The position numbers were made by a program, and so were the translations under genes. A DNA stretch of 64,000 nt, from assembly GCF_006345805.1 (NCBI RefSeq), contig NC_043002.1, positions 111,166,001 to 111,230,000 of the forward strand, given 5' to 3'. Source of the stretch: Octopus sinensis (taxonomy: Eukaryota). The first letter of the stretch is position 1. The number at the start of each line of letters is the position of its first letter. The notes under the pieces are model-generated. The model saw nothing but the letters and a program-made list of their open reading frames with translations, did no database searches and had not been told where the DNA came from. Shown one piece after another: positions 36,991 through 49,600 of this stretch.

Positions 36991-37693
36991 AATAGTGTAC
37001 TCTAGAGATTATCTAGTGTGTCCTTTCATAAGATGGTGTCTGGTTTGTAAATCATTTGGTTTATTGATAGAATGGCAGCCAGCTGAGTATTTCCTCAACT
37101 AAGGTAACTTTAAATATTCTCTTAAAATACTTTATCTAATGGGATATTTTCAGTAAATATTGTTTATTTGAAGAGTCTGCTGAAGATGACTGTGAAAGTA
37201 GAGTGATGGCTTGGAAGCTTGCTGAATGTTGCTAGACATTTCACTTCTCTTTGTTACAAATCCTGTCACAGTAGTTTCTGCTGCCTCTCTCACTCCCCCC
37301 TCCTCCCCGTCTCTCTTCCATAAAACAAATACTACTAATATATTGGGAGTCAATGCAGTCAACTGTATCTCTCTCTCTTTCCCAATAAATAGACTTGTGC
37401 TTAATTAAGCATATAATTATCAATCTGTATAGAACACATCAGTGTTATCAAAAGAATTTTTAAGCCAGCTTTGATATATTATGATGCCTTATTCAGTCAG
37501 GACCTCACTGTTCTATGCTCAATTATGCTAAAGTGATATGTTTGTCCTTTCTATCTCGTAGTAGTCAATTAAATGAATGCCACTAATATGAAAGAAGTGC
37601 TTCCATCAACTCTACTCACTCCCTCTTGTACAAAATTGGCCATCACAGTTGTGTTTAGCCAAAATAAGTCACTAGCACTAACTTATATCAACC

Positions 37694-38083
37694 GGCGCAG
37701 GAGTGGCTTTGTGGTAAGTAGCCTGCTAACCAACCACATGGTTCTGGGTTCAGTCCCACTGCGTGGCATCTTGGGCAAGTGTCTTCTGCTATAGCCCCGG
37801 GCCGACCAATGCCTTGTGAGTGGATTTGGTAGACGGAAACTCAAAGAAGCCTGTCATATGTATATATATATATATATATGTGTGTGTGTTTGTCCCCCTA
37901 GCATTGCTTGACAACCGATGCTGGTGTGTTTACGTCCCCGTCACTTAGCGGTTCGGCAAAAGAGACCAATAGAATAAGTACTGGGCTTACAAAGAATTAG
38001 TCCCGGTGTCGATTTGCTCGACTAAAGGCGGTGCTCCAGCATGGCCGCAGTCAAATGACTGAAACGAGTAAAAGAGTAAAGAG
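37694..38083 (+). mobile_element. SINE family B
   Basis: Full-length consensus match. Confidence 0.92.
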
Positions 38084-38743
38084 TATCAAAATTCTCAAGT
38101 TTTCATTATTAAGTCAGTGAAATGGCAGTAAATACCTTAAAATATTTAACGTGTCTCTCCATATTCTGAATTTATATTAATTCTAGTCAAGGTCAACTTG
38201 GCCTTTTCATTCTTCAGGAGTTGATAAATTGTGTGTTAGTAATATGCCAAAGACAATGCAATTGACTATGTCACTCAGTATAACAAGATTTGGCCTTCTA
38301 TATTATTAAAAGGTATCGAACTGTAGGGAAACGTTAAATGCTTCAGAGAATCATTAATAAGATTATATATAATCTTTCAGATTTTTAACTTCATCTTAGG
38401 AGATGAGACATTTATTTAATATTTACATGCATGCACTGATCTATTTACAAAACCTGAAATAAAATATTTGCTGACATTCAGAGATCAAACAAATCTGATA
38501 TTTTTAAAAACATTTGATCTCCACAGGTTCATCTCTAAAAAAAAAAAACATTCTAAAAGTATTACTGTAGTGAAGTTGTTTGCTTTACAACCATTAGCTT
38601 TCAGCTTCAATCAACCAATGTACTTTGAGTGAAATTCAGTAGAGATATTGTGTGGAAGACTATCATGTGTCTCTGATGCCCACAACCCTCACTTCTTTTG
38701 AAGTGAGAGTTGTGGGCATCAAGAATGACATCCAGCTACTGAA

Positions 38744-38977
38744 TACCTATTTCTTTATTACCCACAAGGGGCTAAACATAGAGGGGACAAACAAGGACAG
38801 ACAAACGGATTAAGTCGATCATATCGACCCCAGTGCGTAACTGGTACTTATTTAATCGACCCCAAAAGGATGAAAGGCAAAGTCGACCTCGGCGGGATTT
38901 GAACTCACGACGTAATGGCAGACGAAATACCGATAAGCATTTCGCCCGGAGTGCTAACGTTTCTGCCAGCTCGCCGC
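38744..38977 (-). mobile_element. SINE family C
   Basis: Consensus match. Confidence 0.9.
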
Positions 38978-39898
38978 TGCCACCTCTAACAAGCCTCATC
39001 CAACCCATACCAGTAGGGGGTGGGGGGTAATGGCAGTGGCCTATACCTCAGTCATCTACACTGTAGGAAAAAGTTCATAGATATTAAAAAAAAATATCAA
39101 GTCTGCAAAAGTGCTAAGCAATATAATGCCATAAATTGTGTTTAGCAGAAGACACATCAATATGTTATGCTTAGGGTTTATGAAGAGACTCCAAGAGAAA
39201 AATCTTAAGTGATTCACTGTGATGGTTTCTACCTTGTCTTTTATAAGGCATTCTTTTTGCTTTCCCCTTCTCTCCCCCCAACAATGAACCATTTACATGA
39301 GTACTTTTCCATTTTGCCACACTCAGAAGAGTAGAGAAACAGACAAAATCTAAAAAGGTAGAAGTTACATTCAGACCTGCCATTGGCTTAAAATATTGTA
39401 TAATGCTTAAGAACATTATATTATGCTTTCCAGCCTAAGAAGGCATCAGTTGCCAATGTAATCAGTAATTTTACCTCCCTTAACAGTTTATTATCTGACA
39501 GCCATGTTGTTTTGTCAGCATCTTACTTATACAGATTACAGGTATCTATATTATAATGGAGAAAGCTGCTTATTAATTAGGTGTGTAACAGTTATCAAAA
39601 GTACTAAAAGAAAACAAATATGAAAGACTTGACCACCTGGAAATATTTTTATAAATTCATGTTCTAAGAAATTTCTTATAATTTCGATTTCTGAATTTTA
39701 TTGAATTTTTGAACTCCAATTTTTCATAAATTTAAATATTTGTTGCATTCACTGCATCCAATTTTTCACAAATTTAAATATTCATTGCATTCACTGTGAA
39801 GTAGATTTTAATGTTTAATAGTAAACAATATTAATTTGTTGCAAGTGACATTTTCTGTTTTCATTTGCAACAGTCTCCCTCTCTCACCTCTATTTTCA

Positions 39899-40259
39899 TC
39901 TCTATATATAAACGGCAAAATGTCTGCGTCTGTGTTCTTTATACAAATCCACAATTTTTCAGTTAGAGGGTTCGTACTTTCTATGGTCGTTTAAAACCAT
40001 CCAAGGGTGGTCGTGCACATCTTTACATTTCCCCAGTCACCCCGCAAAGCCATTAAAAAATCAACAGAAGTGATTTTTGGTGAATTTCCTATCCAAATTT
40101 CAATCAAAATGCCCGAAACTTGATACACCAATTGAATGCCAGCTAGCTGTATGTGATTGGTCAGAGATTTGGACAGTACTCGCATATATGTGCGCACGCA
40201 CGCAGCTGTATATGCATGCACTAGCACTATGACCCGGCATTGTCGGGTCATAGTGCTAG
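39899..40259 (+). mobile_element. Non-autonomous Helitron, second family H2
   Basis: A|TCTCTATATATAAA start; 17-bp perfect terminal hairpin ending CTAG|T. Confidence 0.82.
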
Positions 40260-41640
40260 TTAATGATAATTTATTAATAGCTAAATAAATATTTTTGATA
40301 AAATGAAATTTTTTTTAATATACTGGTATAATTTTAAAGTGATTTTATGTTGAATGAATGCATGCTATTAGACAAAATAGCTGTATAACTTTGATACAAG
40401 GCACAATTTTAAGAATATTATCAGTTTCTGGAGTTTGTTAAATGAATATTTTTGATAAAATGATAATTTTTTTAATATACTGGTATAATTAAAAAAAAAA
40501 AATTAAAATTAAGTAATTTTGTTATAATGGCTAATTGGAATGTTATAAGCCTTACAATAATAACAATCAGGACTGATTTTGGCCATTTTTTTAAAACTTC
40601 AAAACCATGGATGATGAAATATAAACTCCTCAATCATGAAACGTCATCTTAGTCATACAAATAACTGTTCAATTTGCTCAATAAATCTATTAAATTCCTT
40701 TCGCCCCACTCTTATCTCCAATTACATTTACACGTGTCAAAACCTATTTGTGTTGGCTTCACTGATGCACAGGATCTGTAGATTGTCTTCACTCACTTAA
40801 CTCTGCTTATTTAGCTTCCTTAATTGCCCCTGGGTGTACACAGGCATCATTTAGCTGCATCAGTTAAGTCATTGATGATGGCAGCATCGTTACCATCGTC
40901 AATGTAATTGGTTATGAATTTGTCATAGTGTTCACCTCTCCAGCCTATGCCAGTGTATAAAGCAACAATGGTATTGGACATTAGTGATGTTTACTCATTT
41001 TTTCAATGTGTCTTTGCAAGAACTTTGGTTATCTGCATCATTTGACCTAACCAACCTATTCTGTTGTTGTTTAAAGTTTTTATATCTATTAATTAAAGGT
41101 GTTTCAGAGTTTTCCTCCCCCTCTCTCTCTCTCTCCCTCTCCCTCTCTCTCCCTCTCCCTCTCCCCCTCTCTCATATATATATATAATCTTTCCATGGTT
41201 TCAAGTTCTGGCAGCAGAGAATTGATTGGGTTAAATGGAGCCTACACGTACTTGAAATGCTTCAATGAGAGTTCTTATCTATTTCTATCGCCTTGCACAT
41301 ATGAACTTATGAAGCTACTTCCATGTATATTTTCCCCCTTTTAAGATATGTGTACACATGAACAAACACACACACACATTAAGCAATACAATTTGATTGG
41401 TTTTATTAGTTGGATAAAACCTCAGCTATTTCTTCAAAATCTACTTGCAAAGGAATGGAGAAAAGTGATATTCATGACTGAATTTAGCCAAGCATCCTAT
41501 CCACAACCCTTAATAAGCCAGTAAATAACCACAGAAGGCTTTAAATATGCGTGTAGGAAAGAACATATTAGCTTCGCAAGGTCCATCCCACTTTAGTATA
41601 TGGACTGCGGCCCAAACTTTTAACTATATAAACAAAGTAG

Positions 41641-41932
41641 TGGAGGCACAATGGCCCAGTGGTTAGGGCAGCGGACTCGCGATCATAGGATCGCGGTTTC
41701 GATTCCCAGACCGGGCGTTGTGAGTGTTTATTGAGCGAAAACACCTAAAAGCTCCATGAGGCTCCGACAGGGGATGGTGGTGATCCCTGCTGTACTCTTT
41801 CACCACTCTTTCTCCTGTTGGCCTGCTCGCTTAGCCAGCGGGGTGGCGTCATTCGAAGGCTAAAACAATGCGAACGCATTGTGACCAGCGATGTGTAACA
41901 ACATCTGATGGTCTGGTCAGTCACGTGATCAC
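41641..41932 (+). mobile_element. tRNA-headed SINE, short tail (OR-short; resembles octopus OR2-type SINEs)
   Basis: Same head as OR-long up to CTTTCACCAC, then a different tail ending GTCACGTGATCAC. Confidence 0.9.
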
Positions 41933-42257
41933 ATTCCACTTTTAGCTTGGTTTCTATAACTGAATGTCTTTCTTAATACCAACCACTTTGACAGAGGAGA
42001 CGAGATACATGAGTTACTAAAGGCATCTAGTTTTAAACCCCTCCGTTTATCTGGAGAACTATAAGGAACCAGCAGAGATTGAGGGGCTAGGCTTTTCTGG
42101 GTTCCTGCTTTGCATGCTGAATTGATTGCTAAACTTGTTTTGTTGTTTTAACTAAGCAAGTGATGAATCCTCCGTTGATAGGATGTGAAGCTATCTTTTG
42201 CAGATGAGGTTCCCTAAATTTCTGGGACCTATCCCTAGCAACCACATGAGCTGAGGG

Positions 42258-42590
42258 ATCATCATCATCGTTTAGCGTCCGCTTTCCATGCTAGCATGGG
42301 TTGGACGATTCAACTGGGGTCTTGGAAGCCAGAAGGCTGCACCAGGCCCAGTTTGATCTGGCAATGTTTCTACGGCTGGATGCCCTTCCTAACGCCAACC
42401 ACTCCATGAGTGTAGTGGGTGGTTTTTACGTCCCACCGGCACAGGTGCCAGATGAGTCTGGCAAACGGCCACGATCAGATGGTGCTTTTTATGTGCCACC
42501 GGCACGAGGCCAGTCGAGGCTGGCAACGGCCACGAACGGATGGTGCTTTTTACGTGCCACCGGCACGGGGGCCAGGCGAGGCTGGCAACA
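42258..42590 (-). mobile_element. RTE 3'-end fragment
   Basis: (CAT)n tail, conserved core and sub-repeats. Confidence 0.9.
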
Positions 42591-43020
42591 TTAACATTTT
42601 ATATCTTGTGCAATTAAATGGTGACAATGAATTTAAATTTGTCTCCTCTGAATTGATTTCCCAGTATATTACCTGCTGAGTTATGTTAGTCCTGTGTACT
42701 TGCATGAACATAACACACACACACACACACACACATGCACACTTGTAAAATAGAGTATCAGTGACCCAGATGTAAATATATGACTTTGCTATAAAATAAA
42801 AAAAAGACTAAATTATACACCAGCATTTATTTTTTTAAGTAGCTAATATGACTCTACCACAACGCAATTAGACAGACTCTCATATTCTAATCAGTTCTTA
42901 TACTTGATGATGTCCGAGTATTCCACAAGCCTCTCTTAAAATGAAGCACTCTAAATGAACAAATATATCACACTTTTAAGTACATAAAGCTAGGAATTGT
43001 TTATATCAGTATTATTTTAA

Positions 43021-43251
43021 GGCGGTGAGCTGGCAGAGACGTTAGCACGCCGGGCGAAATGCGTAGCCGTATTTCGTCTGCCATTACGTTCTGAGTTCAA
43101 ACTCCGCCAAGGTCGACTTTGCCTTTCATCCTTTCGGGGTCGATTAAATAGGTACCAGTTACGCACTGGGGTCGATATAATCGACTTAATCCGTTTGTCT
43201 GTCCTTGTTTGTCCCCTCTGTGTTTAGCTCCTTGTGGGTAGTAAAGAAATA
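43021..43251 (+). mobile_element. SINE family C
   Basis: Consensus match; candidate TSD TATTATTTT. Confidence 0.9.
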
Positions 43252-43568
43252 CATATTATTTTCTGTCTTCAAGTTTTCACCCTTTTTAGTTATTATTAAC
43301 TACCCAGGGGACATTTATAAACTATACATCTTAGATTCCTGTGTTGTTTTTCTTTTGTTCTATTTTTGTTTCGTTTTCTTTTCCATTTTTTTAAATTTGA
43401 AAATGTCCTTTGGACATTGACAAAAGCATTAGTGTAATTTTTCCAGTCATTCCAGTCTGTTGTTTTCTGGCTTTTTTATACCAACCACCTGAAACCAAAC
43501 ATCAGTTTAATGAAATATTTTTCTAAACTCCTAGATTCATGTTAATTTCAAAATTAATTAAAATATAA

Positions 43569-43967
43569 GCAGGAGTGGCTGTATGGTAAGTAGCTTGCTA
43601 ACCAACCACATGGTTCCGGTTTCAGTCCCACTGCGTGGCACCTTGGGCAAGTGTCTTCTGCTATAGCCCCGGGCCGACCAATGCCTTGTGAGTGGATTTG
43701 GTAGGCGGAAACTGAAAGAAGCCTGTCGTATATATGTATATATATATATATGTATGTGTGTGTGTATTTGTGTGTCTGTGTTTGTCCCCTTAGCATTGCT
43801 TGACAACCGATGCTGGTGTGTTTACGTCCCCGTTACTTAGCGGTTCGGCAAAAGAGACTGATAGAATAAGTACTGGGCTTACAAAAATCCCGGGGTCGAT
43901 TTGCTCAACTAAAGGCGGTGCTCCAGCATGGCCGCAGTCAAATGGCTGAAACAAGTAAAAGAGAGAG
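43569..43967 (+). mobile_element. SINE family B
   Basis: Consensus match; ends ~180 bp before exon 44144. Confidence 0.92.
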
Positions 43968-44143
43968 TGTATTTTATGATAGCATGGTAACAAAAGGGTT
44001 AAGTATGGCTACCCTAACCATTAATCATTTTCACTTTAAAAAATTTTTTCTCATCTCAGATTGTTACTTTTTTTTTTTTTTTTTTTTTTTTTTACATATT
44101 TGTATGTTTTGATTTTCATTTTGTATGTTTCCATTTTCACCAG

Positions 44144-44356
44144 GAGCTGGATTTCCTGTCAGAACTATATTTTCCGCCATCCAGATATGCCAAAATTTTT
44201 TATCAATATGTGTGGAGAGGGTCAGACTTGGAAGGATTGTAATTGGTTAGACAGTGATGATAAGCGCTTACCATTTGATTTGCTCAAATCTTCTGAAGCA
44301 GAGACGACATTCAAGAACCATGTCAATGCGTTACAGGAACAGCATAAGAAATTAGA
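44144..44356 (+). CDS. RhoGAPp190: p190 RhoGAP coding exon (FF region)
   Basis: CAG acceptor 44141-44143; donor GA|GTAAGT. AA+G gives Lys in frame with the previous exon. SWISCQNYIFRHPDMPKFF...DDKRLPFDLLKSSEAETTFKNHVNALQ matches the p190 xxIPFDL motif. 213 nt, phase 2-2. Confidence 0.94.
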
Positions 44357-44982
44357 GTAAGTTTAATTTTAATAACGAGTGGATCCACTCATGATATTTG
44401 GTTTTGTTTGTTTTTGTTGGATCTGTATTTATCAGTAAAAGCACATGTTTTAGACAAATAATGTCTAACCACCCTCCCTATATTTTCTTCCCTATGTAGA
44501 AAGCTGTTATGTACCCCTCTTCATTTTCAGCTTTTTGTAAACACTTTTTTTTTTTTGGTCATCTATGCACTACAAAAGTATTTGGATATGTTTGTTCGAT
44601 AATTTATTTTGTTCAAATTATCTCCTGGTGGATAACGTTTCCATAATTTAGTTAATCCTTGAATTTAGGACATTACTTTCACTTTTGTCATTTTATTTGG
44701 CAGCCATTGAAGTTTTTTTTTGTTTTTTTTTACTTTTGTTTCTGGAGTTGTGCCCATAACCAACTTGTTTATAACATTTTGTATTATTGTTCGTTTCAGT
44801 TGTTGTTTACCTACCTATCTGATATTTTCCAGTCCTTACTTGGCTGCCAAACAAAAATGCTACTTAATATGGTCAAAGAATTTATGATTGACTAGTTTAC
44901 ATACTATTAAAGGCCATTTACTTCTTTAGTTAAACATTAAACATGACAGCATATGAACACATGCCTAATTATTATTATCACT

Positions 44983-45268
44983 TGATCACGTGACCAACCA
45001 GACCATCAGATGTTGTTACACATCGCTGGTCACAATGCGTTCGCATTGTTTTAGCCTTCGAATGACGCCACCCCGCTGGCTAAGCAAGCAGGCCAACAGG
45101 AGAAAGAGTGGTGAAAGAGTACAGCAGGGATCACCACCCCCTGCCGGAGCGTCGTGAAGCTTTTAGGTGTTTTCGATCAATAAGCACACACAATGCCCGG
45201 TCTGGGAATCGAAACCGCGATCCTGCGACCGCGAGTCCGCTGCCCTAACCACTGGGCCATTGCGCCTC
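44983..45268 (-). mobile_element. SINE OR-short
   Basis: 12-bp TSD AATTATTATTAT at 44967-44978/45269-45280. Confidence 0.92.
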
Positions 45269-45997
45269 AATTATTATTATAAGCAGGATAATTAATGAAA
45301 AGCAGTCTCAATAGCCTTGGGGATAATGGTTGCTGACCTCCTACAACATAAGGGGTGTTATGTATAACAATAAAAGCATTAATTAAAACAAACAATTACA
45401 GTTTATATCCTGATTTATTTGTTCTCCATTCAAGGTATTTATTATTATCCCTGACTTTCAATTCTGTCAAAGTCAGTTTTTCCTTTCCTCTCTCTGCAGT
45501 TAGCAAAGCAAGTTAGCAAGCTTGTACTGAAGTTGGTTCACTTGACTATATCTCCATCTTACAGCTTAAACTATGCCAATATAAGTAATCAATATTGATT
45601 GATTGATACTTTGTAATTTTATCTTTTGAGTGCAAAGTGGTTGAGTGAATGCAAGGTTGCTGGATAAGCAACAGGTGTAAAAGGTGGTTGAATGTGTGTG
45701 GAAGGCATGTGAAGGCTGCTAGGTGTAGAAGAACTAGATATGGAGGACATATGAACTAGTTCTTATGTAAGTAGATGTTGATTTGGTTATTGTTTACTAG
45801 CGAAATTGTAGTTATTAAACTAAAACAGAAGAACTGATAGACTTCATGCTTGGATGGAGAAAACATACAAAGCTATCACCGACCATGATTTCTTGTCTCT
45901 AGGACATATTCTAAAGATAGGTCTCCCTCAGTAATAGCTGATGTGATTGTAAGAACAGCTTTTGGTGCTTAAATCATTTGTCCCATAGTTTCCTTAA

Positions 45998-46218
45998 CCC
46001 TTTAGCATTTAAACCAGCCATATCCGGCCAAAAATATTCTGCCTGTTTTATGTTCAAACTGGCCAGATCTGGTCTCTCACACCAACCCTACAATATCGTT
46101 TTAAAAATTAACAGCTACCTCATCAAAATCTTATAGTTACAAGATAATGCATGATTAGTTCAAGACAATGTGGATAAAAAAGGATTAATTTTGGCAGAAT
46201 AATGCGAACACTAAAGGG
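45998..46218. mobile_element. piggyBac-type MITE P1 (opposite orientation to 1243-1463)
   Basis: TTAA at 45994-45997 and 46219-46222; 221 bp. Confidence 0.9.
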
Positions 46219-46244
46219 TTAAAAGATATTCATTACTTTTGCAG

Positions 46245-46538
46245 ATTAAAAAAAAAATTCAAAGACTTTCTAGAAGAAAACAAGCAAGTTAAACCAGGCA
46301 AGCCAATTAGTGAAACATATATCAACTTTGTTGGCAAAGAATGTTACACCAGTTTGAATGAGCGAGAGCGAGAAGAAGTGTATGAACAACACCAAGTGGA
46401 TTTGCGAATGCGGGCCAAGCAGGATTTCCAAGAGTTAATGTGGGAAAAATCGGAGATTTTCACAGAACTCAACCCATCAGTTAGACTGACACAAGATGAC
46501 CTCAAAATCATAACAAATGCCTTACAGAATGATCCAAG
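46245..46538 (+). CDS. RhoGAPp190: p190 RhoGAP coding exon (FF region)
   Basis: GCAG acceptor ends 46244; donor AG|GTAAAG. LKKKFKDFLEENKQVKPGKP...VYEQHQVDLRMRAKQDFQELMWEKSEIF matches p190 FKExLE..TPGKPW and AKEEFQELL. 294 nt, phase 2-2. Confidence 0.95.
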
Positions 46539-46669
46539 GTAAAGTAACTGTTAGATTTATTCTTTTTTGATAATGAATTGTTACGTTTGTGTTCTGGTAA
46601 AGTTGTATTTGCTGTTCATTAAATAGAAACATGCACTATTGTTGTTTATTCATCATCATCATCGCCATC

Positions 46670-47048
46670 GAAATTGAACCAATCCTATGACTGGCACCCT
46701 GCAGATGCCAGGACCCCTGGACTGGTGGTACGTAAAAAGCACCATCCGAATCGTGGCCGAAGCCAGTGCTGCCTCGACTGGCTTCCGTGCCGGTGGCACG
46801 TAAAATGCACCAATCAGACCGTGGCCGATGCCAGCCTCGCCTGGCACCTGTGCAGGTGGCACGTAAAAAGCACCCACTACACTCACGGAGTGGTTGGCGT
46901 TAGGAAGAGCATCCAGCTGTAGAAACATTGCCAGATAAGACTGGAGCCTGGTGCAGCCTTCTGGCTTCCCAGATCCCCGGTCAAACCGTCCAACCCATGC
47001 TAGCATGGAGAACGGACGTTAAACGATGATGATGATGATGATGATGAT
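46670..47048 (+). mobile_element. RTE 3'-end fragment nested in an older element
   Basis: Conserved 3' end and (GAT)n tail. Confidence 0.88.
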
Positions 47049-47156
47049 GCTTTCCATGCTTGCCTATGTTGAATGGTTTGATAGGAGCTTGCCAGCTGAA
47101 GAGCTGCCCAGACTCTATGTCTGTTTTGGCATGGTTTCTAATACAGGATGCCCTTC

Positions 47157-47516
47157 ATCATCATCATTGTTCGACCGTGGTCGAGACAATGGAATTTACC
47201 ATGCTACGCCAGACTTCACGGTCCATCATGACATTACGGAGGTCCTGTTGCTGGATGCCTGTATCCCTGGAGATTACATCAGGGTAGGAGAGTGTGCGCC
47301 CTCTGGTATTGTGAGTAGATGACTTCCAGAGGAGAAGAGGAGAAATTGCCTCGTTTTCAGCTCTACAACAATGTCCAGCAAACTGGACTCTCTTACCTTT
47401 CACAAGAGATGACACAGGTGGTAGTTTCCCATATATTTGCATTTTGGTTGGATGGCGCTTCCACGAGAGATTTTGAGCTCTCATAAGGAGGCAAGTGTAG
47501 GTTCCATCCAACCGCT
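47157..47516 (-). mobile_element. 5'-truncated LINE of a second RTE-like family
   Basis: LDGTYTCLLMRAQNLSWKRHPT..IYGKLP..RVQFAGHCCR..LLLW..DTG..M.DREVW; stop codon runs into (TGA)n; 11-bp TSD GGATGCCCTTC at 47146-47156/47517-47527. Confidence 0.88.
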
Positions 47517-48459
47517 GGATGCCCTTCCTAACACCAGTCACTTTACAGAGTGTACTGGGTGCTTTTACGTAGCATCAGCACCCACGAGCCCACAAGATGC
47601 TCAGCTAGAGACGGATGCAAGAAACCTGCCTGTAGGCAAAGAACAACCACAATTTTACTTAGCTTGGCGTGTCTTCTCGAGTTCAGCAAACTGCCAAGAC
47701 TCTCAGTTCTGTATCATCCTCTTTGTGAGTTCTATCGGCTAAAGATCCTTTCTCACCACTTTGTCCCATGTCTTCCTGGCTCTACTCCTTCCACATATTC
47801 CCTCCACAATTAGAGATTGACACCTCTTGTCTAAATATTGAAAATTGTTTTTAAGTTGTTCAAGCCATTTACTTTATATTCATTTTGTTTCATTACCTTT
47901 TATAATTTGATAGCATTTCTGATCTTGGCTTCAAAACACCATAGGAGATGCAATTCTCAGCTGTAAGTAGTGTAGGTACTCACTATCTAAGCACTTAAGT
48001 GGAAGGCTGCAAATTTCTAGGGGAGGGAAGTGAAAGTGTATAACCTTTATGCTTCTCTGAAGAACAATACCAGATGTAAGTGAAGTCAAGTTGGGTTCAA
48101 TTGAGTATAAAAACTGGGTTGTGAACCAAGTTCACTCACAGCTTCACTTCCTGCTATGTAAGAGTGCTTGCAGTCTTGAGTTCAAAGAAGTCAACAGAAA
48201 ATTACTTTAATTATCTTCTCTTAAATTATTACTTGAATAGTTTGCTGATTTTTAAATGGGTTATGGGTCACCACTAGAATGAGTTCTTTGGATACTTTGT
48301 GAGATTTACATTGTAATAGTTTAAAGCATTATTATAATGTACTTCTAATATTTTTTTTCTTTTGTCTGTTTAATTAGTCCCTATCCTCACCAAACTCTTC
48401 AGTCACTCCCTTCACCCTCTCTCTCTCTATAGATAGATAGACACTAATTTTTGAGAATA

Positions 48460-48780
48460 TGGCACAGTGTGTACCATTCCCAAGAAAAGCTATCTCTAAC
48501 CTTGCCAGCTATCATCTTATCATACTTCCAGCATCTCAGATGTAATGAAGAGTGTCATTAACAACAACCTTTTGAATCACCTTGAATCTCTCTCCTGCAG
48601 TGACCACTGGTATGACTTTTGTAAAGCCAATTATTCTGAAGGCTTTATTCCTTGTGTCACTCACCAGAAATTTGATGAAAACCATGTTGTTACCCTTGAA
48701 ATCGATAAGGCTTTCAACTGTATGTGGCATACAAATCTCCTGGTTAAACTGCCTGCTTATGTATTTCATCTCTTGCATTT
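48460..48780 (+). pseudogene. Decayed CR1/L2-type reverse-transcriptase fragment
   Basis: IPKK..; KSVINNNLLNHLESL..SDHWYDFCKA..; VVTLEIDKAFNCMWHTNLLVKL resembles PxPKK, QYGFR and LDISKAFDRVWH..LLSKL, with stops and frameshifts. Confidence 0.75.
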
Positions 48781-49374
48781 TATTTGGAATAGTTACTGTC
48801 TATCAGATACACAACATTATGTACTATTTGAGCACTCACTGACTCCTCTTTTATTTCTAGTGTACCCTAGAGTGAAAAGGCGTCTAAATGGGGCTGGAAG
48901 GGGATTAAAATTTACAGGAGTGGGTGTTTAGGCATTTTCTTTTCCATCAAATTCAAAATTTTACTCCAGCCGTTGCCACTACGTTGCTATCTGTCGTTAA
49001 GAAATGCCAGCCATGGTGACTCTACTATCCTCAGATTCTATCCCTTCAAACTTTGGTTTCCAATATTTTATTATTTTTATTCAGCTCACAAGTTTGTCTG
49101 TCCCTTTTAAATGTTAGTGTTTTGCTGTCTGCCTTGAAGCAGACCTTTCTGGTGTCACTGACTGATCTTTCAAAATATTTTCTTTCTCAACTTACTTAAG
49201 CTCTTTTATTTATAAATGGGAGAGACATAGATAGAGAAAGATAGAGAGTAAGAGAAAGCGAGGGAGAGTCCGAGAGAAAAGAAGAGTAAAACAGTGGGAA
49301 AGGGAGAGAGAAACAAAGAGGGAGAATGTGGTGATAAACAACAGAAAGGAAGCAACAGAATGTAACAACCACAC

Positions 49375-49410
49375 TCTTACCCGCGCGTAGAGCAGGTTAC
49401 CGTAAGCTAG
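49375..49410 (+). mobile_element. Probable Helitron 3' terminus (5' end not located)
   Basis: ACCCGC-GCGTAGA-GCAGGT hairpin followed by ..AAGCTAG|T. Confidence 0.5.
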
Positions 49411-49413
49411 TCA

Positions 49414-49600
49414 ATATCTATATATATGTATATATACATGTTTATCTATATATATGTGTGTATATATATATACGTATATATACATGTATATATGTGTGTG
49501 TATGTGTGTTTATATATATGTGTATATATATATATGTATGTGTATATATGTGTCTATATGTGTGTATATATATTTATATATACACCCACACATACATGCA
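49414..49600. repeat. Compound (TA)/(TG) microsatellite
   Basis: Direct reading; source of the spurious Y/I/V-rich ORFs. Confidence 0.95.

Noticed and set aside
39718-40490. Short local duplications (~42 bp at 39718-39800; ~45 bp at ~40290 and ~40446)
   Set aside because: Ordinary slippage-type duplications in AT-rich intron with no further structure.
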